The notes under the pieces were generated by a model that was not told where the DNA came from, searched no databases, and worked only from the letters and a program-made list of their open reading frames with translations. This document shows positions 29,005-39,025 of a stretch of DNA of 64,000 nt, piece by piece; the stretch's first letter is position 1; the number at the start of each line of letters is the position of its first letter. Both the position numbers and the translations under genes were made by a program. Origin of the DNA: Vicinamibacteria bacterium (GTDB lineage Bacteria > Acidobacteriota > Vicinamibacteria > Marinacidobacterales > Marinacidobacteraceae); NCBI GenBank assembly GCA_965199715.1, contig OZ241322.1:640001-704000 (forward strand), given 5' to 3'.

Positions 29005-29832
29005 GTGAACGCCCGCTGGCGCCTCGCTGCCGCCGCCGGCGCGTTCGTCGCGCTCTCGTGCGGGGATCCTGCGCTCGACGCGGACGTCTCGTTCGCCGAC
29101 TCCAACGAGGCGAACCGGGCGTCCATCCCCCACGACGACTGGCAGGCGATCCTCGACGGATACCTGCATACCGGCGACGAGTCGGGAATCCACCTCTTCG
29201 ACTACGCCGGGCTCAAGGCCAGCGAGGCCGACCACGCCCGGCTGCGGAACTACCTGGAGTCGCTCCAGGCGCTCGATCCCCGCGAGTACCGGCGGGACGA
29301 GCAGATGGCGTACTGGATCAACTTCTACAACGCGCTCACCATCGAGGTCGTCCTGACGGAGTACCCGGTGGACTCGATCCGGGACATCTCCCGGAGCCTG
29401 ATCCCGCTCCAGGGGCCGTGGGGCGACGCCCGCGCGCAACTTCTCGGGCGCGACCTCACCCTCGACAACATCGAGCACGACATCCTGCGCCCGATCTGGA
29501 AGGATCCGAGAATCCACTACGCGGTCAACTGCGCGAGCATCGGGTGCCCGAACCTCGCGCCCATGGCGTTCACGGCGGATGCGCTGGAAGCGATGCTAGA
29601 CCAGGGCGCCCGGGACTACGTCAACCACCCCCGGGGCGTGGAGCTCATGGACGAGGCGTTCGGCGTGGCGTCGAGCATCTACACGTGGTTCGCCGAGGAC
29701 TTCGGCGGCGACGAGGCGGGCGTCATCGCGCACATCCTCGAGTACGCCGAGCCGGAGCTCGTCGAGCAGATCCGGGCCTTCGAGGGCGGGCTCGAGTACG
29801 ACTACGACTGGACGCTGAACGCCGCCCCCTGA
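29005..29832 (+). CDS. DUF547 family lipoprotein
   Basis: ALSC lipobox; AYWINFYNA, LTLDNIEH, DPRIHYAVNCASIGCP, IYTWFAEDF, YDW.LN. Confidence 0.85.
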   Translation: MNARWRLAAAAGAFVALSCGDPALDADVSFADSNEANRASIPHDDWQAILDGYLHTGDESGIHLFDYAGLKASEADHARLRNYLESLQALDPREYRRDEQMAYWINFYNALTIEVVLTEYPVDSIRDISRSLIPLQGPWGDARAQLLGRDLTLDNIEHDILRPIWKDPRIHYAVNCASIGCPNLAPMAFTADALEAMLDQGARDYVNHPRGVELMDEAFGVASSIYTWFAEDFGGDEAGVIAHILEYAEPELVEQIRAFEGGLEYDYDWTLNAAP

Positions 29833-29836
29833 GCCG

Positions 29837-30280
29837 GTGCTCCACGAGCGGCCGAGGGTCAGGCCCGACGACCGGTACTACTGGATCATCGCGGGATCGC
29901 CGCTCCTCGCGATCCCTCAAGCCGTAATCACGGCCGAGTACCCGGAGTGGTTGGAGCCGCAGATGGAGAGCCTCCACCCGCTCGGTGGCTCTCCTCCTGG
30001 CGTTCGCCCCGCTGTTCGCGCTTCCGTTCGTGGTCTTTGGCGTCGCCATCGCCGACCGGGGCGCTCTGCAGCAGGCCGGTTACGACACGAGCGGATGTTC
30101 CGCGCTCCGGGCATTCTTCCTGCCGCCGTTGCACCTCTGGAAACGAGCGCGGGTCGCCGGGCGGAACCACGCCGGCCTCCCCCTATGGGTGTTCCTCACT
30201 CTCGCCAAGAACTGGGTCCGGCGAAGCGCATTTCGAGGCGCGTCGCCCCCGCCGATCGAGTGGAACGCGGCAGGGCATGA
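29837..30280 (+). pseudogene. Frameshifted paralog of the small membrane protein 30277..30696
   Basis: RPDDRYYWIIA is in one frame and DR..L..AGYDTSGC...PP..LW.RARVAG is in the +1 frame; both match the downstream gene. Confidence 0.55.
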
Positions 30281-30696
30281 CTTCGCCGTTCCTCTCGCCG
30301 TCGCCGAAGCCGGACAACCGGCTTTATTGGGTGCTGGTCGCCTGGCCCGCCATCGCGGTCGCGCTCGCGGCGCTGCTCGCGTGGGACGGTCAGTGGAACA
30401 CGCCGGTCGGCGATCTCCTGTTGCTGGTCTGGATGTTCTACGCGCGGTTCGCCGTCGGCGTGCTCGATCGGGATCGGCTGGGTCGCGCCGGCTACGACAC
30501 GGCCGGGTGCTGGCCCTTCCTCGCTGCGCTCGCCCCGCCGGCGTACTTGTGGCGGCGGGCGCGGGTCGCCGGCCAGCGGTGGACGGGCCTCGCGCTGTAC
30601 CTGGCGCTCTGGCTCATCGCCCTCGCGCTTCCGGCGCCGGAGCGCCCTTCGCACACGCCGGACGCGATCGTGTACGCGACCGACGCCAGTCGATGA
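30277..30696 (+). CDS. Small multi-pass membrane hypothetical protein
   Basis: ATG at 30277; hydrophobic segments; DRDRLGRAGYD and PPAYLWRRAR motifs shared with the paralog. Confidence 0.55.
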   Translation: MTSPFLSPSPKPDNRLYWVLVAWPAIAVALAALLAWDGQWNTPVGDLLLLVWMFYARFAVGVLDRDRLGRAGYDTAGCWPFLAALAPPAYLWRRARVAGQRWTGLALYLALWLIALALPAPERPSHTPDAIVYATDASR

Positions 30697-31909
30697 CGGC
30701 CGCGAGCGCGATCAGTCCGTACTCCACCGGCAGCACCCACGCCGGGTGACCAAACGGGTGGAGGCTCAGATCGTTCAGGTTCAGCCCGGTCAGGTAGGAC
30801 GCCAGCACCGCCCCCGAAGCGGTCCAAGCCCATAGCGACGGGCGGGCGACCGCGAACGGCAGCACGAAGAGTAGGTACCAGGGGTTCACCACCGGACCGA
30901 GCACGAGCAGCGCCCCGTACAGCCAGTCGCCCCGGGGCAGCGCGTCCGGATCCCGGCGGTGGCGGGCGAGGAGGACCGCGAAGACGGCGAGGAACGACAC
31001 GGCCCACAGCGCCCGGAGCGCCGAGTCGGGGACGACGCCCTCGAACGCCGCGAACACCGGCGCGTTGAACCGCCACTCCTGCACGAACACGCCGAGCGTG
31101 CCGAGGTCCGTCGCTCCCTTAAGCGCGAACGGCAGGTAGAGAAGGCCGAGCGCCGCGCCGAACGCGATCCAGGCGCGCAGCGGGGCGCGGATCAGCACGA
31201 AGGGGACGAGCGCCAGCGCGAGCGCCTTGGCGCCCACGGCCAGCGCGAGCGCGCCCCCCGCCCCGAGAAACCAACGTCGCCTCGCGAGGAGGATCGCCGC
31301 GAAGAGCAGGCAGACCGCGAGTCCGTCCGGATGCGCAGTGAACGCGATCTCCTTCACGACCAACGGCGAAAAGGCGTAGAGCAGCACCGCGCGCGCCGGC
31401 GCCAGCTTCAGCAGCAGCACGACGAGGAGCAGGTCGAACACGGCCAGCAGGATCTGCAGCCCGAGGATGCGGGCCGGAGTCATGAGGTGCGCGGCGAGGA
31501 ACGCAACCTGCGCCGTCGGCCCGTAGATGGTGGGAAGCTCCGGGTAGTTCACCTGATCGAGGAGCATCCGGAAGTCCTCGGGAACGTCGGGGTCGCCGAA
31601 CCACGCTTCGGGAGGCGATCCGTACGGGGTTCCGTCCTCGGCGAAGCGATAGCCGTCCCACAGATAGCGGAACCAGTCGTCCTCGAGGAACGGGCCGCCG
31701 GCGACGCCGATCAGCCGGAACGCGACCGCGTACGCGAACACCCGCCGGGCGGAGACTCCGCGTCCCAGGAAGAACGCCCCGACCCCGACCGCCTGAATCG
31801 CGAGCGCGATCCAAAGGAACGTCCATGCGCCCGGCTCGCCGGGCGAAACCGCGAGGACCGCGAATCCGGCGGCGGCGAGAAGCGCCGCCGCGTCCGTCAA
31901 GCGCGGCAA
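30614..31909 (-). CDS. Polytopic GT-C fold glycosyltransferase-like protein (GT87/DUF2029-like)
   Basis: LEDDWFRYLWDG, TIYGP, H.D, W.FN and PWY motifs; TTG start with GAGGGA RBS. Confidence 0.65.
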   Translation of the reverse strand: MPRLTDAAALLAAAGFAVLAVSPGEPGAWTFLWIALAIQAVGVGAFFLGRGVSARRVFAYAVAFRLIGVAGGPFLEDDWFRYLWDGYRFAEDGTPYGSPPEAWFGDPDVPEDFRMLLDQVNYPELPTIYGPTAQVAFLAAHLMTPARILGLQILLAVFDLLLVVLLLKLAPARAVLLYAFSPLVVKEIAFTAHPDGLAVCLLFAAILLARRRWFLGAGGALALAVGAKALALALVPFVLIRAPLRAWIAFGAALGLLYLPFALKGATDLGTLGVFVQEWRFNAPVFAAFEGVVPDSALRALWAVSFLAVFAVLLARHRRDPDALPRGDWLYGALLVLGPVVNPWYLLFVLPFAVARPSLWAWTASGAVLASYLTGLNLNDLSLHPFGHPAWVLPVEYGLIALAAVIDWRRSRTRSRPACAKGAPAPEARGR

Positions 31910-31914
31910 GTCCC

Positions 31915-32910
31915 TCAGCGCGGCCAGTCCCGGGCGGCGGGAAGCCCCGGCAGCGACTCGGCGGAGCGCACCGCGTCCAGCACCGCGCGGGCGACGACCT
32001 CGGCGGCGAGCGCCCCGATCCGCCCGACCGGCGCGGCCGGGCCGTCGCCGGTCGCCAGCACGAAGATCACGTCCCCGTCCGACGGCGTGTGGACCGGGTA
32101 GATCGTTCGGGCGAGGCCGTCGTGGGCCATCTGCGCCACCTTGGTGGCCTCGGCCTGGGTCAGCGGGGCGTCGGTCGCCACGATCCCGATAGTGGTGTTC
32201 GCACCGGAGACGTAGTCATCCGGCTCGGCCCCGAGCAGCAGCTTGCGCGCGTCGGCGAAGCCGTCCGAGGAGCGCACTCCGGCCACGACCTCGCCGTTCG
32301 CCGGATCGACCACGTCCCCGACTGCGTTCACCGCGATGAGCGCGGCGACCGTGAAGCCCGCCTCCAGCGACGCGCCGCCGATCCCGCCCTTCATCGCGGA
32401 ATCCATGCCGCGCATCTTCCCGACCGTCGCCCCCGCCCCGGCGCCGGCGTTGCCGCGCCGCACCGGCCCCGAGTTCGCGGCCGCCGCGGCCCGATAGCCG
32501 CAATCCGCGCCGGGACGCACCGCGGGATATCCCTGAACCCCGAGGTCGAACAGGATCGCCGCGGGGACGATGGGCACCCGGTGCGGCCCCACCGGGTACC
32601 CCACCCCGGCCTCCTCGAGAAAGCGCATGACCCCGTCCGCCGCGGCGAGACCGAACGCGCTCCCTCCCGAGAGCACGACCGCGTGCGCCTCCTGGATCGA
32701 GTGCACCGGGTTCAGCAGGTCGGTCTCGCGGGTTCCCGGCGCCGACCCCCGGACGTCCACCGCCGCAGTGGCCCCCTCCCGGACGAGCACCGCGGTGCAC
32801 CCGGTGGGCAGCCCGTCCAGCTCGTGGTGCCCCACTTCCACGCCGCCGATCCGGGTGAGCTCCGGTTCGGCGGCCGCAAGCGCGAGCAGGAAAAGGGGCC
32901 AGCCGGACAC
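31915..32910 (-). CDS. P1/S58 family peptidase (DmpA-like)
   Basis: GVEVGH, DVRGSAPGTRET, LSGGSAFGL, GAGAGA, NTTIG and HT..DGD motifs. Confidence 0.88.
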   Translation of the reverse strand: MSGWPLFLLALAAAEPELTRIGGVEVGHHELDGLPTGCTAVLVREGATAAVDVRGSAPGTRETDLLNPVHSIQEAHAVVLSGGSAFGLAAADGVMRFLEEAGVGYPVGPHRVPIVPAAILFDLGVQGYPAVRPGADCGYRAAAAANSGPVRRGNAGAGAGATVGKMRGMDSAMKGGIGGASLEAGFTVAALIAVNAVGDVVDPANGEVVAGVRSSDGFADARKLLLGAEPDDYVSGANTTIGIVATDAPLTQAEATKVAQMAHDGLARTIYPVHTPSDGDVIFVLATGDGPAAPVGRIGALAAEVVARAVLDAVRSAESLPGLPAARDWPR

Positions 32911-32941
32911 GGCTTAAGGCTACCCTTGACTCGCCCACCCG

Positions 32942-34090
32942 ATGCACGACTCCGGAACGCTCGTCGTCATCGGGATCGCGGCCTTCCTGCTGCCGCCGGT
33001 CGCGAGCGCGATCCGGGCGCCGGCGGTGGTCGTCGAGATCCTCTTCGGAGTCCTCGTCGGCCCGGTTCTGGGTCTGCTGGACGGCAACGCCACGCTCGAC
33101 CAGATCGCCGAGATCGGCCTTCTGATGCTGATGTTCCTCGCCGGGTTCGAGGTGGACTTCGACACCCTGCGGCGGGGCGGCCCCAAGCCGGTCTATCGGG
33201 CGCTCGTGGTCTTCGCGGGCACGCTCGGCCTCTCCTTCGCAGCGACGCTCTGGCTGGATCTGAAGCTGTTCTACGCCCCGGTGCTCGCGACCACGTCGGC
33301 GGCGCTCGTGCTGCCGAGCATGCGCAGCGCGGGCATCACGAGCACGACCCTCGGGCAGGCCATCCTCGTGTCCGCGGTCATCGCCGACCTCGTGACGCTG
33401 CTGCTCGTGGCGGAGATCACGATCTTCACCCGGGACGGCTGGGGCCTCGAACTCATCGGGGGACCGGCGCTGCTCATCGTCGTCGTGCTCGCGCTGCGGG
33501 TGCTGAAGCTGCTGCTGTGGTGGCACCCGACCCGGGCGAGCCGCCTCTTCCGCAAGGGCGATCCCGACGAAATGGGCATGCGCGGGGCGCTCGCGCTGCT
33601 GCTGGTCTTCGTGGGATTCGCCTCGTTCTTCGAGGTGGAGCCGATCCTCGCCGCCTTCCTCGCCGGCGGCGTGTTCGCGCTCCTGTTCCGGCCCCCGGAG
33701 GGCCTCGGCCACCAGCTTTCGGGGATCGGCTGGGGATTCCTGATCCCGATCTTCTTCATCAACGTCGGGCTCCGTTTCGACGTGGCCGCGCTCGCCGACC
33801 GGGACTTGCTCACCCGCGCCGGAGTCATCATCCTCGTGGCGTTCGTCGTGAAGTTCGTTCCGGCGATGCTCTACATGCTCTGGGGGTTCTCCTTCCGGGC
33901 CGCGGCGGCGGCCGGCTTCCTGCTCTCGGCGCGGCTCAGCATCGTTGTGGCGGTGGCGACCGTGGGGATGGAAATCGGACTGCTCGACCACCAGGATCGA
34001 GCGATCGCCGTGCTCATCGCCGCGGTCACCTCGATGACCTGTCCGGTGCTGTTCCGGACGGTGGTGCGGAGCGCCGAAACGCGCGTATAG
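32942..34090 (+). CDS. Cation:proton antiporter (CPA2)
   Basis: EILFGVLVGP, LMFLAGFE, TTS, AVIAD, FLIPIFFINVG. Confidence 0.85.
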   Translation: MHDSGTLVVIGIAAFLLPPVASAIRAPAVVVEILFGVLVGPVLGLLDGNATLDQIAEIGLLMLMFLAGFEVDFDTLRRGGPKPVYRALVVFAGTLGLSFAATLWLDLKLFYAPVLATTSAALVLPSMRSAGITSTTLGQAILVSAVIADLVTLLLVAEITIFTRDGWGLELIGGPALLIVVVLALRVLKLLLWWHPTRASRLFRKGDPDEMGMRGALALLLVFVGFASFFEVEPILAAFLAGGVFALLFRPPEGLGHQLSGIGWGFLIPIFFINVGLRFDVAALADRDLLTRAGVIILVAFVVKFVPAMLYMLWGFSFRAAAAAGFLLSARLSIVVAVATVGMEIGLLDHQDRAIAVLIAAVTSMTCPVLFRTVVRSAETRV

Positions 34091-34102
34091 ACTCGGGAGG
34101 TC

Positions 34103-35341
34103 ATGACCGAAGCCTGCTTCCCGACGACGACCCGACGCGGCTTTCTGGGAGCCGCGCTCACGCTCCCCGCGCTCGCCGCCGCCGCGGCCGAGACCGACGA
34201 GGGGTACTTCCGCCTGGTCCGCCGCGAGTTCCCGTTCCACGAGGACAAGGTCCCGATGAACGCCGCGAACCTGTGCCCGTCGCCCCGGATCGTGGCCGAC
34301 CGCGTGAGCGAGCTCACCCGCGACGTGGATCGAGACTGCTCGTTCCAAAACCGTGGGAAGTTCAATGGCCTGCGCGAACAGGCGCGCATGGATCTGGCCG
34401 CGATGCTCGGAGCGGAGCCGGACGAGGTCGCGATCGTGAGGAACACGAGCGAGGCCAACAACATCGTGAACGCCGGCGTCGAGTTCGGCCCCGGCGACGA
34501 GGTCGTGCTCTGGGACCAGAACCACCCGACGAACAACGTCGCGTGGGACGTCCGCGCGGCGCGGGACGGGTTCACGGTCAAGCGGGTGAGCGTGCCGAAG
34601 GATCCCGCGGGCCCGGGGGACTTGGTCGCGCCGTTCGCGGACGCGATGACCCCGCGCACGAAGCTCGTCGCGATCACCCACGTGTCCAACGTGTCGGGGA
34701 TCCGGCTGCCGGTGCGCCAGATCGCCGACCGGGCGCACGAGCGGGACGTCCACGTCCACGTGGACGGCGCCCAGAGTTTCGGCGGGTTGCGCATCGACAC
34801 GCGCGCGCTCGGCGCGGACACCTTCTCCTCGAGCTCGCACAAGTGGTTCTTCGGCCCCAAGGAGTGCGGCGTGCTCGTGGTGCGGGCGGAGCGGATCGCC
34901 GGGCTGTGGCCCTCGGTCGTCGCTCCGGGTTGGGGGAACGACGCCGACCCCGATCCGGCGGGCGCCCGGAAGTTCGAGTCCATGGGCCAGCGCGACGACG
35001 CCTGCATCGCCGCCATGGCGACGACCGCCGCGTTCCACCAGGAGATCGGCGCCCAGCGGGTCGAAGCGCGGATGATCGGGCTGGCGCGTCGGCTGCGACG
35101 GGGCGCCGGCGAGCTCGGAATCCCGCTCGTGACCCCCGACGACGACGAGCTCTCCGCCGGCGTCGTGATCGTGCAAGTGCCGGAACACGGACGCGAGGTG
35201 TTCTCGCGGATGTACGACGAACACGGGATCGCCGGTTCGACCTCGGGCGGATTCCGGCTCTCGCCCCACGTGTACAACACGATGGAGCACGTCGAACGCG
35301 CCCTCGCCGGGCTCCGGGCGCTGCGCTCGCGGATCGTCTGA
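34103..35341 (+). CDS. Aminotransferase class V PLP enzyme with Tat-like signal
   Basis: TRRGFLG signal; RNTSEA, HVSNVSG, VDGAQ, SSHKW (PLP Lys), RLSPH.YN. Confidence 0.82.
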   Translation: MTEACFPTTTRRGFLGAALTLPALAAAAAETDEGYFRLVRREFPFHEDKVPMNAANLCPSPRIVADRVSELTRDVDRDCSFQNRGKFNGLREQARMDLAAMLGAEPDEVAIVRNTSEANNIVNAGVEFGPGDEVVLWDQNHPTNNVAWDVRAARDGFTVKRVSVPKDPAGPGDLVAPFADAMTPRTKLVAITHVSNVSGIRLPVRQIADRAHERDVHVHVDGAQSFGGLRIDTRALGADTFSSSSHKWFFGPKECGVLVVRAERIAGLWPSVVAPGWGNDADPDPAGARKFESMGQRDDACIAAMATTAAFHQEIGAQRVEARMIGLARRLRRGAGELGIPLVTPDDDELSAGVVIVQVPEHGREVFSRMYDEHGIAGSTSGGFRLSPHVYNTMEHVERALAGLRALRSRIV

Positions 35342-35342
35342 G

Positions 35343-37490
35343 CTAGTCGCCGAGGTTCAGCAGCAGCGTCGCCACGACCGAGCGTCCGGGCGCCATCACG
35401 GCTCGCGCGTCGGGGCTGATCGGATAGGCGGCGTTCAGCAGGTTCCGCCCCGAGACCCGCAAGGACGCGCTCGCCGACAGCGGGGCGCCGAACGCGGCGT
35501 CCACCCGCGTCCAGCTCCCGGTCGGGATCTCGGTGGGACCGGGCGCGTCGTGGGCGGCGAACCCGTGGACCACCGCCTCGAGGAACGCGTCGGGCCACAG
35601 CCGCCGACGGACCGCGGCGCGGACGTTGGCGGGAGCGATCCCGTCGAGCGGCTTCCCTTCCCGAGTCCGGCCCCGCGAGACTCCGGCGGCCAGATCGAGC
35701 GCGAACGGGGCGTCGCCGCCGAAACTCATTTCCAGCTCGACGCCGGCGAGGTCCGCCTCGCCCTCGTTCAGGAAGACGAAGAGCTCGGGAAACCTTTCCC
35801 GTCGGGCCACCAGATCCTCGATGCGATACCAATAGGAGAAGAGCCCGCCGTGGATCCGTTCGCCGTCGAAGCGGAGTCCGAGGTCGAACTGGAGGGCGCG
35901 CTCCGGGCGCAGGTTGGGGTTTCCGGACACGACGCCGCGCCCGCTGAGGCCGACGAAGTACCGGTCCGAAAGCGTGGGGTCCCGGAATCCGCGCGACGCC
36001 TGGCCGGTGATCCCCCAGCCGGGAGCGAGGTCCGCGTGCAGCGAAAGGAAGCCGGAGAAGGCCCCGTTGGACGTGGCGTCCCTCTCCCCGCCGCCCTGGG
36101 CGCGGACGGCGGAGGCCCGGGCGCCGGCGCCGGCGCGCCAGCGCCCGGCGAGGGGCGCCTCGGCGAACGCGAACGCCGCCGCCTCGCGCCGGCGCGCGCC
36201 GGGCAGCCGGGAGAGATGGTCGAGGCCGAAGGCGAGGTCGTCGGGGTCGAGGCCGAAGCCCGTGATTCGGGACTTCAGCCCGAAACGCTCGAGCGCTTCG
36301 GCTCCGAGCTCCAGCTTGCCGGGGCCCAGCGGGCGCACGCCGCGAACGCGCAGCATGAGGTCCTCGGCGCCGACCAGCGAATCGGCGGAGACGCCTCCTT
36401 CCACGCGCCGCGTGATCACTCGGTGGCGTCCGTAGAACGCGGTCGCCTCCAGCCGGCCGAACCCCCAGCGCGGCGCGAATTCGTAGTCGGCGAGCAGCCG
36501 GGTCGAGTCCTCCTCGGGGTACGAGATGCGCGCCCGGGAGCGGCGAGGACGCCCGATGTCCCGCCCGGCGTCCAACTGCAGCGAGACGGCGAGCCGGCCG
36601 CCGCCGACGCGGGACAGGCCGCGCAGCAGGAACCCCTGGTCCCTCGCACCCGAGCCCGGGACGCGGCCCTCCGCGCTCGAGTACTCGCCGAACTGACGGC
36701 GGCGCGCCTGCACGAGCCAGCCGACGCTCTCGGTTCCGCCACTCGCCTCGGCGCCGAGGCTCCCCTCCGGCAGGCCGACTCCGCCGCTGAGGCGGGCCCG
36801 AATCCGCAGCCGCTCCCCCGGCCTCGGCCGACGGGTGCGGGCGTGGATCACGCCGCCGAAGGCGTCCGAGCCGTAGGCCACCGAGGACGGGCCGCGGACG
36901 ACTTCCACGGCCTCGAGGAAGAACGGGTCGAGGAAGGTTGCGCTCGGACCGGCGCGGCGTTCGGTGGTCACACGGGCGCCGTCCACGAGCAGCACCGTGC
37001 GCCCCCCCGCGAGCCCGCGGATCGCGGGAACGCCGGCGTGCAAGTCGCTGCTGCGGGAGGTTCCCGGCACGGCCTCGAGCGCATCCACGAGCCGGGGCGC
37101 CTGGCGCGCCCGGATTGCTTCCCCGGAGACCACCGACGGGGCCGCGCCGGGGGTCGCGTCGGTGCGCGCCACCGCCCCGCTCGCGATCGTGACGCTCTCG
37201 GTCAGCGAGAGCGGCCGGACGCGGAGCTCGACCAGCGGAGTCAGCTCGGAGACGAGGATCGGCGCGGCGTAGCGATCCCCCGGAAGGACCACGAGCACGT
37301 AGAAGGGCGGCGTCGGATCGGGCGTCCACGCGAACCGGCCGTCGGGGCCGGTGGTCACGCCGCCGGTATGCCCGAGCACTTGGACGAGCGCTCCCCCGAC
37401 CGGCGCGCCGTCTTCGTCCACGACGCGCCCCTCGAAGGCGAAGCCGGTCGCCGGGACGAGCAGGAGGAGCGCCAGCGCGGCGAGCCTCAC
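35343..37490 (-). CDS. TonB-dependent receptor
   Basis: Signal peptide, N-terminal carboxypeptidase-like domain, plug IRG...LLVDG, EVVRGPSSVAYGSDAFGGVI, GNPNLRPE, NLLN. Confidence 0.88.
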   Translation of the reverse strand: MRLAALALLLLVPATGFAFEGRVVDEDGAPVGGALVQVLGHTGGVTTGPDGRFAWTPDPTPPFYVLVVLPGDRYAAPILVSELTPLVELRVRPLSLTESVTIASGAVARTDATPGAAPSVVSGEAIRARQAPRLVDALEAVPGTSRSSDLHAGVPAIRGLAGGRTVLLVDGARVTTERRAGPSATFLDPFFLEAVEVVRGPSSVAYGSDAFGGVIHARTRRPRPGERLRIRARLSGGVGLPEGSLGAEASGGTESVGWLVQARRRQFGEYSSAEGRVPGSGARDQGFLLRGLSRVGGGRLAVSLQLDAGRDIGRPRRSRARISYPEEDSTRLLADYEFAPRWGFGRLEATAFYGRHRVITRRVEGGVSADSLVGAEDLMLRVRGVRPLGPGKLELGAEALERFGLKSRITGFGLDPDDLAFGLDHLSRLPGARRREAAAFAFAEAPLAGRWRAGAGARASAVRAQGGGERDATSNGAFSGFLSLHADLAPGWGITGQASRGFRDPTLSDRYFVGLSGRGVVSGNPNLRPERALQFDLGLRFDGERIHGGLFSYWYRIEDLVARRERFPELFVFLNEGEADLAGVELEMSFGGDAPFALDLAAGVSRGRTREGKPLDGIAPANVRAAVRRRLWPDAFLEAVVHGFAAHDAPGPTEIPTGSWTRVDAAFGAPLSASASLRVSGRNLLNAAYPISPDARAVMAPGRSVVATLLLNLGD

Positions 37491-39025
37491 CGGGCGCTCC
37501 TGCGGGCGAGGCCGAAAGCGGCGGCGAGGAGGCCGGAGACGAGCGCGAGAGTCACGATGCCGAGAAGCTGGATCCAGTCGGGGATTCCCTGCGGCTGCAC
37601 GACTCGTTCCAATCCGGCGAGCAGCGAGAAGCGGGCCTCGGGGTCGGTCCGCAGCGTCCGCAGCGAGGTCAGCGCCGCGGCGATCAGCAGCGCGCCGAAG
37701 CCCCCGACGGCGGCCCCGAGACCCATCCGCGCCCAGCCGCCGCCCGCGAGCGAAGCGGGAGCGGAGGCGACGGAGCCTCCCGTGTGGAACTGCGGGTTCC
37801 GCACGCCGAGCGGCGCGAACCGGTGGAGCAGCACGAGACCGGGGATTCCCATCGCCATCGTCGAGAGGAAGAACGTCCGCCAGCCCATCGCGTCCACCGC
37901 GTAGCCGGTCACCGGGCCGGCGAGGATGCGCGGGAGCGCGAACAGGCTCGAGAACAGCGCGTACTGGGTCGCGGAGAAGCGGCGGTCGGTGATCCGCAGC
38001 AGCAGCACCGAGAACGCGCCGGTGCCTAGGCCCGAGGAGACCAGCTCGAAGGCGGTGGCGCCGTACATCCACGCGAGGCCGCCCCCCGCCCCAGCCACGA
38101 AGAAGTACCCGAGGTTCGAGACGATCTGGAGCAGACCGAAGAGCCACAGCGCCGGGCCGAGGCCCATCATCGTGGTCATCACCCCGCCGGCGAGGGTCGC
38201 CCCGACGGCGGCGACGAGGCCGATCGTCGAGAGCGCGATCCCCCGGTGGAAGCCGCTGTACCCCATGTCCACGAGGAACGGGCGGGTGAGCGACTGGGCG
38301 AGGTTGTCGGCGAACTTGTAGAAGAAGACGAACGCGAGGATCTCGAGCGCCCGGGGACGCCCGAGCGCCTCGAGGAACGGCTTCCAGACGGCTTCCCCGA
38401 GGCTCTTCGGAGCGGACTCCGCGGCGTCGGTCTCGGGGGCGCGCCACGTGATGAGCAGCATCGGCACGAACAGCGCCGCGAGCATCACGTTCACGGCCCC
38501 GAAGCCCCACGCCGCCGCGAGACTGATCGCGCCTCCGCCGGAGACGAGCATGGCGGCCCGGTAGAGCGCATGCCGGGCGCCCACCGCGACTCCCTGCTCG
38601 TCGGGACGAAGCGCCTCCACCGCGTAGGCGTCGAGCGCGATGTCCTGCGACGCCGAGGCCACCGCGATCGCGAGCGCCAGCGCGAAGACCACGAGGATCG
38701 CCTCGGAATCGCCCGCGACCCCGGCGAGCCCGAGGAAGGCGACGAGGAGGACGCACTGGGCGAGCGCCATCCAGCCGCGCCGCCGCCCCCAGAACCGGGG
38801 CGCGTAGCGATCCATGAACGGCGACCAGAGGAACTTGAAGGTCCACGGCGCCTGCGCGAGGGTGAAGAGCCCGACGAGCCGGATGTCCACGCCTTGGTCG
38901 CGCAGCCAGTCGGGAATGGCGATCCAGACGAGGCCGAGCGGCAGCCCCGACGAGAACGAGAGCAGGACGACCGACGCGATCCGCCAACGCAGCACCGGGG
39001 CCATGGCCCCCAGCAAGCGCGTCAT
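37487..39025 (-). CDS. ampG: AmpG-family muropeptide MFS permease
   Basis: FSSGLP, PWTFKFLWSP..D, GRRRGW, SASQDIALDA, SATQYALFSSL. Confidence 0.87.
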   Translation of the reverse strand: MTRLLGAMAPVLRWRIASVVLLSFSSGLPLGLVWIAIPDWLRDQGVDIRLVGLFTLAQAPWTFKFLWSPFMDRYAPRFWGRRRGWMALAQCVLLVAFLGLAGVAGDSEAILVVFALALAIAVASASQDIALDAYAVEALRPDEQGVAVGARHALYRAAMLVSGGGAISLAAAWGFGAVNVMLAALFVPMLLITWRAPETDAAESAPKSLGEAVWKPFLEALGRPRALEILAFVFFYKFADNLAQSLTRPFLVDMGYSGFHRGIALSTIGLVAAVGATLAGGVMTTMMGLGPALWLFGLLQIVSNLGYFFVAGAGGGLAWMYGATAFELVSSGLGTGAFSVLLLRITDRRFSATQYALFSSLFALPRILAGPVTGYAVDAMGWRTFFLSTMAMGIPGLVLLHRFAPLGVRNPQFHTGGSVASAPASLAGGGWARMGLGAAVGGFGALLIAAALTSLRTLRTDPEARFSLLAGLERVVQPQGIPDWIQLLGIVTLALVSGLLAAAFGLARRSAR

